Virus record (IMG/VR): IMGVR_UViG_3300004369_000005
Span: 1-64,000 of that record
Source of the DNA: a virus
DNA: 64,000 nucleotides
Reading direction: 5' to 3' (one strand)
Shown here: positions 7,429 to 18,417 of the stretch, piece after piece
Numbering within the stretch: the stretch's first letter is position 1
How the letters are laid out: every line of letters starts with the position of its first letter
Translations under genes and position numbers: made by a program
Notes under the pieces: generated by a model
The model's database searches: none
The model's input: only the letters and a program-made list of their open reading frames with translations
What the model was told of the DNA's origin: nothing

Positions 7429-10400
7429 TTACAAAATAGTCCAACTGGAGTTATCACCGAACACAATGTTTACACCTTGTGCCACGGTAATCGGACCAGT
7501 TGATACGTTGTTACTGTTAGCATCGATGTTAACATCATACTGAATTTCAGTATTGTATGCTCTAATAATACCCTGTGAGTCTTGATATTGCTTGACACCA
7601 CCAATATATGTAGCACCAGTAACGTTGAAATCACCTTCAACATCGAGAGCATAACCAGGATCTTTATCAGTAGTGAATCCAATACCAACTCTGGATGCTC
7701 TATAGATGTCATCACCATTAGGAGATTCGGTCCATCTGGATGTTACGAATGGTGCGTTGTTCTGGAACAACTGACCGTTGACATTCAAGTCGCCATTGAT
7801 GTTGGCAACATAGAGTCTTACAGTAGAATCTTCTGGATCAACACCTTGGAAAGCGTTGGTGTTGACTGCCATTCTGTGAACGTCAACAGGAGTTGTACCT
7901 CCCTGACCGTCATCAACTTGTACTACATCTACGGTAAGAGCCAGGGCTGGAATTGTTGGATTCCAATCAACACCACCAGCACTTGCAGATGCGCGAATAG
8001 CAAATACGTTATCATCTAAGAGATTATTTCCAACTTCAAAGTTTCTGAATCCAGAAGAACCTAGGAAGTACAATGGAGCACCACCATTATCATCCTTATG
8101 ACCTATTGTAAGAGAATCTTTGATTCTCGTATCGCCTGTAACATCTAGTTCATAGGAATCATTTGGTGTCATATTAACACCAACTTTACCGTTACCAGTA
8201 ATTGTTAAAGCATTAGAGAAGTTCTTTGTGCTGAAGTGCATTGCAACAGCAGTTGTCAAACCATTGAATAGTTGATTGAAGTAAACATCACCAACGCTAT
8301 TGTCATAATGAATTTCAAATCCTTCTGTAGTTGCATCGCCACCTTCACCCAAGAGTCTTAATCTTGCATCATAGTCATTATTTTGAGAGTAAATATCGAC
8401 GACTACATCTTGTGCTTGATCGTCAGTAATTGTTAGTTTAACTCCAGAAGGAGCAGCAGCTGCACCAATAGCAACGGAATCGTTGCTAGCATCAACAAAG
8501 AATGTATCTGTGTTGACAGTAAAGTCAGTTCCAACTGTTGCATCTGCTAGTAGATTTGCCGTTCCACCAACACTCAAAGTTGCTGTACCGCTAATGGCGA
8601 GATTACCAGTCATGGTATCGCCACCCTTGAGAACGTTCAAGTTGGCAGCACCTTCGATAACTGCACCGTTTGCAGTGTCAAGAGTAATAGTTCCGCAAGA
8701 GAACTGTCCGTTAGCACCACGAAGAACAGCAGTCTCTGCAACATTCAGAGTCTGGAACTGGATGTTACCTGCGTTCCAGATCTTATTACCATTAATAGAG
8801 AATCCATCAACAGTCTGTACCTGAGCGTTTAGAGTACCAGAACCAGCGGTAGCGTTACCACCCTGTGCGACAAGAGCAACGTTATAAGTTGCTGCAAGAG
8901 CAGAACTGTTAAAGTAGATACCAGGAGATGATCCTGATCCATCTGTTCTACCAAGTCTTAGGTTACCTGTACCACCATCACTTTCGAGTGTAGCAACGTT
9001 AATTGTGTTGCCTTCATCAATGGTGAAGTCTTGGAATTCTTTTCTGTCAGTTGCAGAACCGATAGTTAGAGCACCTACGAAGTCACCAGTTGTGAGTCTA
9101 CCAATGATAATTGTGTAGTCATTGGAGTTATCAACGGTATCGTTATTGACGATGATGTTGTCAATCTCGATTGTACCAGTACCCTGTCCCTGTGCGTTGT
9201 AGAGGTTTACTGCCTCACCAGGAACAAATGGTGAAGCTGCAAGAACTAGACCAGAAACATAGATCTTATATCTTCTATCGCCAGGGAAATATCTGATTTC
9301 AATTTGATCTTGGAACGCAGTATCATCAATAAAGTCTGGTAGTCTATTATCGGAAATAGTTCCGTAGTTAATATTGAGAGCGTTTTGATACCAAGATCCT
9401 TGCTTGTTATCAAGTTTGTCTGCATCAAGTCCCGAATCAATACCATCATTGAGTGCGGACCAGATTTTACCCCATGAACCGAATGATGTAACACCAGTTC
9501 CCGAACCACGGATATACAGGTTATCGTTATCGGTAAATGCAAGTTGTCTTACACCACCGAATGAGGTATCGAAACTAGTACCACCTGCTCTGAAGGTAAG
9601 AACCATGTTCTTGGTTCCACCATCATTGAGTAGGTTTGCACTGTTATTAATCGTGTTAGCAACAACACCACCAACGAAGTTATCTGGAGTTGGGCTGGAA
9701 GTTGGGTTGTTAGTACCAGATGCCAGTCTCAATGTGTTACCAGACTGGTTAGCAATACTGATGTTGTATGTACCAGAGAGGCGATCCTCACTCAATCTAC
9801 CAGAACTGATGTTGGTAGCGTTGAGGTAGTAAGAACCTTGCTGACCGTCGAGAAGGTCAGCATCAAGACCAGAGTCGGCACCAACATTCAGTTCGACGGA
9901 TCCGTTACCAGATACACCAATATTGAACTGAGATTTCTTGAATCTTGCAACACCAATAGTACCAAATAGGTCTGTTGAAATTGTTTGATCCGAAACTCTT
10001 TGGATGTCAACCGAAACGTTTGCATACTGTCTATTGACTGTACTTACTTTAGCAAGTAAGACTAGACCAGAACCAGCACCAATTTCTGTTGGTGGGGTTG
10101 AGATTGTAAAGTCTCCATCATATCCAGAACCAGAGGAAGTAATGGTAAGTTCAGTAATTGCACCACCAGCAACAACCAAGTTACACTTGAGACCGTTACC
10201 TGTACCACCAACTAGATCGACATCAAAGTATTGACCGTTTGTGAATCCTGTACCACCATTTGAAATAATTACGGAATCAACAAAATTACCTTGGGTAAAT
10301 GTTGACTCAAAGATCATTGGAGATGATCCTCTTTCAAATTCTAGAATTGTTCCGCTTGGAATTGTTGCAGTTACTGGGTTATTGATAGAAACTGTAGTTT

Positions 10401-13400
10401 CACCATCTACTGTCAGAACACCAGTGATGTTAGTATTTGGTTGAATACCAACAATGTTGTTGAGTACCTCGTGACCGATTAGTGCATCTGCTAAAGTATT
10501 GAAGAGAAGTTCTGAAGATCCAGTATTGACTTGACTAATTAACTGTGCGAAGTATCTTGTCTCTGCTCCCTTGACAGATTGAACTGCTAAAGCCCAACTT
10601 GAATCACCTCTTAAGAAGGTGTATGAGTTTGCAGCTCCAGTCTGAGCGAGAACATCGGTACTGATAGGACCGCCAGTAATAGAAACACCATCAACAACGT
10701 TGCTCGATAGAGATACCCAGTTAGCATTATTAAATGAAGATGTGTTGACTGCTCTGTTGACATCAATATCAACAGAAGGAACATCGCTACTTTCAATTTG
10801 ATCTGTATCTTCGATCTTAATTCTGTTAACGATATTACCGTATAGTCTGCTTTCAATAAATGCATTTGCGGTTGCTTGAGAACCACCACCTTGAGGAGCA
10901 TCAATAGTTACAATTGGTTGTGTGGTATAATTTAAACCACCGATGTACCCATTGAACTTAATGAGTTCAATAAGAACAACTTCACCATTAGCAACGGTTG
11001 CTTGTGCTTTTGCCTCAACAGATCCAGATGTAGGGTTACCACCAGAGATAGTAACAGTTGGTGGCGATGCTTGTAGATAGTTTGTACCACCACTAGTCAA
11101 CTGAATACTGTATACAACACCCTGTCTGTATTCAGTTGCTTGAATACGACCACCAGAGATGCTACCAGTGAAGATATCACCAATAGTAAAGGATAATGTT
11201 GGATCAACATTAAACGATACATACTGACTATCTAAATCATTGTTTAGAATATATGATGTGGATGTATCTTGTTCGATGGCAATGTCACCAGCGAGTGCTC
11301 CTTCAATCTCTAGTCTTGCATCTTCATCGGCAACAGTGTAGACTTCAAATGGTCTGAGTGCTGGAATCTGGTCTACAGAAATCTTACCAGAGTCTGTAAG
11401 TTGAACCAGCGCCTGAGGAACAGCGTTAGTTGAATATGGTTTGTTGATGTATGGACCAAGGTTGTTAGTGATATAATCTCTAACTGCTTTTTGAGTTGGG
11501 ATCTTGCTGTTAGATGAGTTAGCGCCACCAAGAGTGTTAGATGCGTCGAAACCAGTAACAACAACGTCTCCACCTTTCAGTTTCAAGAATTCAACTTCTG
11601 AAATGGTAACAGTACCCGTGAAGGTAATAGCACCAGTTCTGTTCTCGATCTTAGCAAATGTACCAACCTTGAAGTCACCAAGTTCATCAGTACCAGAGAC
11701 ATATACACGACCATAGAGTTCGGAAACCTGTTCGTATGCTTCAATCTTAGTACCACCGTTCTCAGGTAGTGCAAGATAGTTAGTACCAGAACCTGCAAAT
11801 TCCCAAGTATGTGAAGAGGAGTTAACGATAGAAGGTCTGTGTAGTCTGATTGTCGCTCCAACAGGAGGAGTACCTTCTTCCAAACCAGAAATTACATTTG
11901 TTAAGTTGAGTGGTTCTCCAGTGCCATTATCAATCGTTAGATCTGCCGTGAAAGGAGGACCTACAGTAACTCCACCTACAGCATCTACGAAGAACTCAAT
12001 TTCAGGATCTGTATTTCTATATCCATCAAACTTACAGATATAGTGCTCTAGGGGCTCTCTTCCAAGTCCACTAACACGTAGAATAGTTCTACCAGTTGGA
12101 GTTGCAGATACGTTTGAAATAGTACCAACGTCAAAGGAATATGCCTCTCTTCTAAATCCAATAGCGCGGAGAGCAAATGTACCGAAGTTTGTAGCAGAGT
12201 TGGTAATAGAACAATAACCACCAGTATCTGCTAGGACACCATCTTCACAGAAGATAACAAAGACAGAAACCAGCTGGGTATAACCATCTTCGACAACCTT
12301 GTATCCTGTACCACCAAAGGAAACGATAGTGAATGCGGATGCAACCATCGACTTACCCTGGTTGGGGAAGGACGCTGTTCCGTCTAGCTCTAGACCTGGG
12401 AAAGGACAGTTGGGTTGCTTGACCTTGGAACCATCAACCAGAGCACCGCTACCACCTAAGAAGGAGATAACAGAAGAGTTCTGGGTGTATGGCGATGCTT
12501 CAATGATTGGGTAGTCATCATAGATACCACGAATCGCCATTCTCTGGTTATTCTGGTCGTAAATAAAGTTATCTGGATATGTGATAATATCGGTATTATC
12601 CCAAAGAGTACCAGTATTTTTTACTGTTTCTCCTGGTGCAATAGAAGTTTCTGATTCAGGATCTGCTGCATACTCTAGAATTCCGTCTAAGAGTCCAAAC
12701 TCAGTATCAATAGTTGCTTCTACATTAGCGCAGATAGGAGCAGAAGGATAAAGAAGAATGTTCCAATCTTCAAACTTAGGAATTGGAGTGGTTGTTGTAA
12801 CAGGATCGTAGATTAGAATAGTGCCGTTCGTGAGAGACTCAACGTATGTGTGACTTACGCCAGCAGCACTTCCTGCATCACCGACATTCAAACTTACAGT
12901 TGTAACACCACTGCTTGAAGTTACACTAATAACTTCTAAACTCTTACCATAGTTTCTGTCTGTTGGAGTAGGAGAAGCAAGATTTCCACCACCATTAGAA
13001 GAACAGTTGAATGTAAGAGCACCCTCTTTAAAAGCAACTCTACCTGATTGTGGGAATGCTTGTGCTGGATCTGCAAACGAGATTGATAGAGCACCAGATG
13101 CAGAATCGTAAGTCGCAAATGAAGGAGTTACGGCAATGCTATTACCACCACTCCAGTTTCTCATTGCAGCTTTTGCATAGAGTTCTACTCTTTCATACGC
13201 ATAACGAGTTTCATCTAGTTTATCTGCCTCAATACCAGTAAGTTGTAGACCTGTGTAATATGCTTCTGCATTTGTTACAATACCTGAGTTTCCACCAAGA
13301 ACAAGGTCTCTGATTAGACCTCCAAGAATAAAGTTGATATCACGACGACACTTTCTCTCGTTGAGATCACTTAGATTGAGTGAAGGATATAGTGATTGGG

Positions 13401-16400
13401 TATCTAGGAATGCCTGATCTGCAATGACATCTCTATTTCTTGCAATTAGATATGCAGCATCTAGATATGTTCCATTAGTGTTATTAGCAACAACATCAAT
13501 GAAGAGATATGTTAGAGTGTCAATAGCAGCTCTTACATCATTGCAAGCATATCCGCTATTGTTTACTGTTCCATCCGCATTCAATAATGCGGTGCCTGTG
13601 ATTACTGTTGGATCAAAGTATCTTGGGACAGAAGAATATTCAGGAACATAAACTGGATCTGATGGAGTACCATACTCGGTTCTCCAGTTTCTCATTGCAT
13701 AAGTTGCTAGAGTTCTAGCATACTCCATTGCACGAACTGTCTGAATAATCTCATTTTCTACATAATCAATCTTTGCACCGACAACGTACTTTTGACCTGC
13801 CTCAATAACATTATGGTTAGTTCCGAATTCAAGGTCTCTGCAGAGAGCATTGAGGAAGTGTACGATGTCTTGCTTACATTGTTCGTCACTGACAGGAATA
13901 TTAAAACTTGGATATACTTTAGTTCCATTAGAACATTCAACTTCCAGACCAGCAATCTTAACAATCTCATCTTCAGAAATCGTTGCAATTGGATTTACTG
14001 TGCTAACAGTGGCAACTCCAGTTACAGCAGTGTCATAGTTGAAATCGTTTACAGTGTAATCAACACCATTATACGTTACCGTTCCACCAGTAATATATGT
14101 GTGCTCGAACCTAGATGGACCGAGGAAGATATCAAAGGTAGAACCACCAACTTGGATTGCATTGGCAATTGATCTCTTAAACGTATGAGCTGATTGTGGT
14201 AGATGCTTAACTGCTCCAGTTGTAGCGCCAGCAAATGTGTGTACTGCTCTAGGCTCATGCTTGATAGCATTAATATTTTCGTCGCCTGGTACAAATGTAT
14301 GAACGGAAGTATCGGATGATGTTCCAACATTAATAGTAAATGTTCCATCCTGTCTCTTCAATCCATTGGTGGTTGCGGAAACAAAACTGTGTGTTGATAG
14401 ATCAGTTGAAGCTCCAACGTTAACGTCAAATGTATTCGATGTTACGTTGCTAATCTTTAACCATCTGCCACTTGCATAGTCATATGATCTTGGATATGTA
14501 TGCTGAGTAGCATTTCCATCTAGATCACATGTAAAAGTAAGACTATTGTCTTCTAGTAAGATGTAATCATTTTGTGTAAATCCATGACTGGTAATACCAA
14601 TCGTAGCTACTCCAGTAGAAGGATTATATGATGCTGATTCTACTGTGTGAGAATTGCTACCAACAGCAGTAATAGTGATAGACTTACCTGCATATGGATC
14701 AATTCCTGGTCTTGGATATGTGTGCTCTGTTGCGTTACCATCTTTAGCACATGTAAAAGTAAACGAATTGTCGTTCAGAACAACACTTCTACCAACACCA
14801 AGACCATGCTGACCGACAGTAACAGTCAAGTCACCTGTGGAAGGATTGTAGGTAGCATCAGTAGGAGTGAAATATTCGTTCTCTCTAGATGCACCAATAT
14901 TAACAGTAATTTCGGTTTCAGTTACTGCAGTAATTTTAGTTGACTTACCTGCATATGGATCGATTCCTGGACGTGGATATGTCTTGACGGAATCATTTCC
15001 GTCCATCGTACAAGTAAAGCTAATGGAGTTATCTGCAAATACAATACCTTCACCAACACTCAGGGTGTGTGATCCAATGTTTAGAGTGATATCCCCTGTT
15101 GATGGATCATAGGTAGCAGCAGAAGGAGTAAATTCTTGGTTAGCTCCAGATGCTCCAACATTAACAGTAAACGTATTTGTTGTTACTGCATCGACATTTA
15201 GAGTTCTGTTGCTAGCATAGTGATGACTTTCTGGTGTTGCATGTTCGGTTTTATTACCGTCCATGGCGCAGGTGAAGATGATAGACTCATCTTGAATTCT
15301 GATTCCATCACCTACTTGCAATCCGTGGTTTGCAACAGTAAATACTGCCTCACCAGTTGCTGGATCATAAGTTGCATCAGTTGGGGTAAATTGCTGTGCT
15401 GGTGTACCACCAATGTTGTATACAGCAAAATACTCTTTCTTAAACTCATCATTAATTCTTCCAACGACTTCATCTGCAATGAAGTCTCTGTTGTTACGGA
15501 TAAACGTAACAGCGTCCTGGAATCTTCTTTCAACAGGAGTTGCTAGTGGGAAAGTGTTTGGAGAGTTTAGTAGTGTTAGAGTAACAGACTTTGTGTATGA
15601 TCTAACAGTTGCGTTTTGTCCTGGATCGAAGTGTGAGTATGACTCATCACCTGGATCTACTGCATATGCAGGGAATTTTTTGGGAATGACAAATCTTCTG
15701 GAACGACCGTCAGCGTCCTCAAGAATCTTGTAAATTCTTTGATAACCGTTTAGAGGAGAACAATCGATTGGGAATGTTGGTAGACCTTCAATGAAAATTT
15801 CTTGTCCTTCTCTGAAGTCATGGATATTAGTTCTACCGACTAGTTCATTAGTATAAAGTACAATACCACCAAGATCCTCAGCACTACCAAACTGTGATTC
15901 TTGGAAACCACCCGTAGCAATACTTGGATCACCTTGTAGGGTAAAATCAATACGCTGAATAGGTAGTGGGGAGCTGTAGTTATCATCAACAGAAACAACC
16001 TCACCTTCTGCTCTAATTGATTTTAGAGCAGTGGTATCAATTTGGTTCTGTATGATTGTTGCTTCTGAAATATCAATCGATGCTGCTACTTCACTATCCC
16101 ACTCTGGAGCTCCTAAAATAGGTACAACAGTGATGTCCCAATATGTTGGCGAATTATCATCGTTGATTCCAGCAACTTCATAGAAACCTTCCGTGAAGTT
16201 TGCATCATTAGTATCATCTAAGTGAACGTAAGTTCCTGGTGGAATAATTGTATCAGGATCATCTGTTGTACGGAAGATATTTTTACCTGCCGTTTGTGTA
16301 ATATTGAGGGTAATTGGATTACCTTTTGTACCAGTAATAATATATCTGTAACTCTCACCCTCTAGGAAAGAACCACTAGTCAATGTAACGTCGAGAGTAC

Positions 16401-17868
16401 CAGTCAGATATGCATCTGCTCCAATGGTAGTATCAAAGTTAACATCAATAATAGTTGCTCTCGAACCAGTGTTTAGACCGACAACTTCTAAACCTGCTTG
16501 TAAATTAGCACCACCTGTATTTTCTTGGAAGTCAACACGGAATTGATCTGGTCCAAAAATCTGATGACCGACTGGGAAGAAAGTGCCAAAATCTCCATTT
16601 GCTTGAGAGTCTACTAGAATTCTTTGCTTATCGTCAAAGACCATAGCAAAGTCCCAAGTGGCGACTGCATCTCCAACAGAGTCAACCTGATCTCGGTACG
16701 TAACACCAATGATATAGTTCTTATCACCGAACTTCATGATGTGTTTGTTAGGATTCGCTGGTCTAATAATTACCAGACGAAGGTTATCACCAACGATTGA
16801 TGCATCAGGTGGAATAGAGATTGGGTTATCTTCTACGTAATCACCACCAGAAACGATAATTGTTTCTTTAACACCAGGAGTAGTCCATGCCAACTGACAT
16901 GCTTTCTTGATTGTTCTGACTGGGTTTACAGCAGAACGACCGTCATTCTCGTCGTTACCAATCTGCTGTGAAACGTAAATACGACCACCAACGTCATTCG
17001 TTGCTAGGTTAAGGACGTATTCGGTAGTTGCAATTTTATCTGATCGATCACCTAGCAGAGGAGTGATAGATCTTGGATAGACACCTGCAGCTCCAGTTTG
17101 GTTATATCCAAATGCATTTTCGTCTTCTACACGGTAACCAATATGCTTAAATTGAACTTCTCCGTTGAGTTCAATTCCATCAGTATGTGTAGGAGCCTCA
17201 CTTCCAGTTTGTCCTGTATTCAGTGCTTGATAAACATTAGCACCAAAGTATCTGTAGGTATTTTTCTGTAGAATAACATTGGAATCCCAAATAGTTCCAG
17301 TATTATTGACAAAAGTTTTAAAATTTGGACCTCTGAGAACTAGGTCAGGAGTAACGAAGTTATCAATGTCTAAGTTCAGAACTCTCGCCGTATCTGAAAT
17401 GATTGACGTTGATGTTCTAATAGCACCGTTGATATCAAGTTCGAAGTCAACAGTATCAAGGAAAGCTTCAGCAGCAGCACCAAATCCGTTATCACTTGTA
17501 AAAGTGATTTGTGGCGCTTCTGTATAACCACTGCCAGGCTCGTTGATAGCAACGTTAACAACTCGTCCGTTAAAGATAAAAGCAGTGGCAAGAGCTCTGA
17601 TTCCACCAGGAGTTGTTGGAGGTGCAATAGAAACAGCAGGAGCAATGGTATAACCAGAACCGCCAGCAGTAATAGTAATATTATTGACTCGCTGACCTGT
17701 TCTATTAATACCAACACGAGGCAATCCAGTGGTCTCGTCTAGTAGAGTTCTTAGAATCTCTCGTTCACTGGAACCAGTACCACCTCTAATTGCTAGTTCA
17801 TTATCCCCGATTAATTGAGGAGCAACGCCTCTAATTCTTTCTTTATCGGAATTGATATTAAAACTCAT
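7429..17868 (-). CDS. giant virion structural/tail-fibre protein (3479 aa) with nested beta repeats and two phycobiliprotein-like helical domains
   Basis: ORF track; GSGYT..P.V repeats, SGLDADLLDG fibre motifs, beta-helix-like segments; located in the structural block. Confidence 0.85.
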   Translation of the reverse strand: MSFNINSDKERIRGVAPQLIGDNELAIRGGTGSSEREILRTLLDETTGLPRVGINRTGQRVNNITITAGGSGYTIAPAVSIAPPTTPGGIRALATAFIFNGRVVNVAINEPGSGYTEAPQITFTSDNGFGAAAEAFLDTVDFELDINGAIRTSTSIISDTARVLNLDIDNFVTPDLVLRGPNFKTFVNNTGTIWDSNVILQKNTYRYFGANVYQALNTGQTGSEAPTHTDGIELNGEVQFKHIGYRVEDENAFGYNQTGAAGVYPRSITPLLGDRSDKIATTEYVLNLATNDVGGRIYVSQQIGNDENDGRSAVNPVRTIKKACQLAWTTPGVKETIIVSGGDYVEDNPISIPPDASIVGDNLRLVIIRPANPNKHIMKFGDKNYIIGVTYRDQVDSVGDAVATWDFAMVFDDKQRILVDSQANGDFGTFFPVGHQIFGPDQFRVDFQENTGGANLQAGLEVVGLNTGSRATIIDVNFDTTIGADAYLTGTLDVTLTSGSFLEGESYRYIITGTKGNPITLNITQTAGKNIFRTTDDPDTIIPPGTYVHLDDTNDANFTEGFYEVAGINDDNSPTYWDITVVPILGAPEWDSEVAASIDISEATIIQNQIDTTALKSIRAEGEVVSVDDNYSSPLPIQRIDFTLQGDPSIATGGFQESQFGSAEDLGGIVLYTNELVGRTNIHDFREGQEIFIEGLPTFPIDCSPLNGYQRIYKILEDADGRSRRFVIPKKFPAYAVDPGDESYSHFDPGQNATVRSYTKSVTLTLLNSPNTFPLATPVERRFQDAVTFIRNNRDFIADEVVGRINDEFKKEYFAVYNIGGTPAQQFTPTDATYDPATGEAVFTVANHGLQVGDGIRIQDESIIFTCAMDGNKTEHATPESHHYASNRTLNVDAVTTNTFTVNVGASGANQEFTPSAATYDPSTGDITLNIGSHTLSVGEGIVFADNSISFTCTMDGNDSVKTYPRPGIDPYAGKSTKITAVTETEITVNIGASRENEYFTPTDATYNPSTGDLTVTVGQHGLGVGRSVVLNDNSFTFTCAKDGNATEHTYPRPGIDPYAGKSITITAVGSNSHTVESASYNPSTGVATIGITSHGFTQNDYILLEDNSLTFTCDLDGNATQHTYPRSYDYASGRWLKISNVTSNTFDVNVGASTDLSTHSFVSATTNGLKRQDGTFTINVGTSSDTSVHTFVPGDENINAIKHEPRAVHTFAGATTGAVKHLPQSAHTFKRSIANAIQVGGSTFDIFLGPSRFEHTYITGGTVTYNGVDYTVNDFNYDTAVTGVATVSTVNPIATISEDEIVKIAGLEVECSNGTKVYPSFNIPVSDEQCKQDIVHFLNALCRDLEFGTNHNVIEAGQKYVVGAKIDYVENEIIQTVRAMEYARTLATYAMRNWRTEYGTPSDPVYVPEYSSVPRYFDPTVITGTALLNADGTVNNSGYACNDVRAAIDTLTYLFIDVVANNTNGTYLDAAYLIARNRDVIADQAFLDTQSLYPSLNLSDLNERKCRRDINFILGGLIRDLVLGGNSGIVTNAEAYYTGLQLTGIEADKLDETRYAYERVELYAKAAMRNWSGGNSIAVTPSFATYDSASGALSISFADPAQAFPQSGRVAFKEGALTFNCSSNGGGNLASPTPTDRNYGKSLEVISVTSSSGVTTVSLNVGDAGSAAGVSHTYVESLTNGTILIYDPVTTTTPIPKFEDWNILLYPSAPICANVEATIDTEFGLLDGILEYAADPESETSIAPGETVKNTGTLWDNTDIITYPDNFIYDQNNQRMAIRGIYDDYPIIEASPYTQNSSVISFLGGSGALVDGSKVKQPNCPFPGLELDGTASFPNQGKSMVASAFTIVSFGGTGYKVVEDGYTQLVSVFVIFCEDGVLADTGGYCSITNSATNFGTFALRAIGFRREAYSFDVGTISNVSATPTGRTILRVSGLGREPLEHYICKFDGYRNTDPEIEFFVDAVGGVTVGPPFTADLTIDNGTGEPLNLTNVISGLEEGTPPVGATIRLHRPSIVNSSSHTWEFAGSGTNYLALPENGGTKIEAYEQVSELYGRVYVSGTDELGDFKVGTFAKIENRTGAITFTGTVTISEVEFLKLKGGDVVVTGFDASNTLGGANSSNSKIPTQKAVRDYITNNLGPYINKPYSTNAVPQALVQLTDSGKISVDQIPALRPFEVYTVADEDARLEIEGALAGDIAIEQDTSTSYILNNDLDSQYVSFNVDPTLSFTIGDIFTGSISGGRIQATEYRQGVVYSIQLTSGGTNYLQASPPTVTISGGNPTSGSVEAKAQATVANGEVVLIELIKFNGYIGGLNYTTQPIVTIDAPQGGGSQATANAFIESRLYGNIVNRIKIEDTDQIESSDVPSVDIDVNRAVNTSSFNNANWVSLSSNVVDGVSITGGPISTDVLAQTGAANSYTFLRGDSSWALAVQSVKGAETRYFAQLISQVNTGSSELLFNTLADALIGHEVLNNIVGIQPNTNITGVLTVDGETTVSINNPVTATIPSGTILEFERGSSPMIFESTFTQGNFVDSVIISNGGTGFTNGQYFDVDLVGGTGNGLKCNLVVAGGAITELTITSSGSGYDGDFTISTPPTEIGAGSGLVLLAKVSTVNRQYANVSVDIQRVSDQTISTDLFGTIGVARFKKSQFNIGVSGNGSVELNVGADSGLDADLLDGQQGSYYLNATNISSGRLSEDRLSGTYNISIANQSGNTLRLASGTNNPTSSPTPDNFVGGVVANTINNSANLLNDGGTKNMVLTFRAGGTSFDTSFGGVRQLAFTDNDNLYIRGSGTGVTSFGSWGKIWSALNDGIDSGLDADKLDNKQGSWYQNALNINYGTISDNRLPDFIDDTAFQDQIEIRYFPGDRRYKIYVSGLVLAASPFVPGEAVNLYNAQGQGTGTIEIDNIIVNNDTVDNSNDYTIIIGRLTTGDFVGALTIGSATDRKEFQDFTIDEGNTINVATLESDGGTGNLRLGRTDGSGSSPGIYFNSSALAATYNVALVAQGGNATAGSGTLNAQVQTVDGFSINGNKIWNAGNIQFQTLNVAETAVLRGANGQFSCGTITLDTANGAVIEGAANLNVLKGGDTMTGNLAISGTATLSVGGTANLLADATVGTDFTVNTDTFFVDASNDSVAIGAAAAPSGVKLTITDDQAQDVVVDIYSQNNDYDARLRLLGEGGDATTEGFEIHYDNSVGDVYFNQLFNGLTTAVAMHFSTKNFSNALTITGNGKVGVNMTPNDSYELDVTGDTRIKDSLTIGHKDDNGGAPLYFLGSSGFRNFEVGNNLLDDNVFAIRASASAGGVDWNPTIPALALTVDVVQVDDGQGGTTPVDVHRMAVNTNAFQGVDPEDSTVRLYVANINGDLNVNGQLFQNNAPFVTSRWTESPNGDDIYRASRVGIGFTTDKDPGYALDVEGDFNVTGATYIGGVKQYQDSQGIIRAYNTEIQYDVNIDANSNNVSTGPITVAQGVNIVFGDNSSWTIL
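14150..15395 (-). repeat. four ~90-aa intragenic repeats (A.Y[DN]P[AS]TG...H...FTC..DGN...P) with nested closing strands
   Basis: Visible in translation; GACTTACCTGCATATGGATC is identical at 14681-14700 and 14942-14961. Confidence 0.85.
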
Positions 17869-17914
17869 GGTGCTTGCCTAGCTCCCGCCGTTATTTCCTC
17901 TGTTATATTTAGCA

Positions 17915-18415
17915 TCAAGCCCACTCGATGCTTACGACTTCCGTTGCAGCAACCCACTTAATTTGGTTTGTAGTACCTGCGATATTTGTCGTGTAACTAA
18001 ATTGATTTACTGATGACAATGGTGCGATAGTCCAAGTCTGACCTGTAGGAACATCGTCTTTGATAACTGTTGTCATTGTGGATAGTACTGTTGTTGCACC
18101 TGCTCCAGTTGCTAAAACTGCAGTTTCTAATTTTAAAGAATATACATTACCAAGAGGATCAGCACCAACAATTGTTCCCGTAATAAAATTAAGAGTGTTA
18201 TTTGTAAGTGGGATTTGTGATCCTACATTGTCGATAGACAAAATAGCAGTACCAGAACCTCTCATAATAAATCTATGAATGTAACTATCTGTGAAATGAG
18301 TGTTCTTAATTTCCAAAGAGTTTAAATCTTTGGCATTTCTCTTTTCATCAACCACCGTGGTCTTTGCGATGGAAAATCCACCCACAGAATCAAACTTATC
18401 TCTAGTTGTTGCCAT
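17915..18415 (-). CDS. virion structural protein, hypothetical
   Basis: ORF track; FDSVGGFSI N-terminus familiar from cyanophage structural proteins. Confidence 0.75.
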   Translation of the reverse strand: MATTRDKFDSVGGFSIAKTTVVDEKRNAKDLNSLEIKNTHFTDSYIHRFIMRGSGTAILSIDNVGSQIPLTNNTLNFITGTIVGADPLGNVYSLKLETAVLATGAGATTVLSTMTTVIKDDVPTGQTWTIAPLSSVNQFSYTTNIAGTTNQIKWVAATEVVSIEWA

Positions 18416-18417
18416 GT

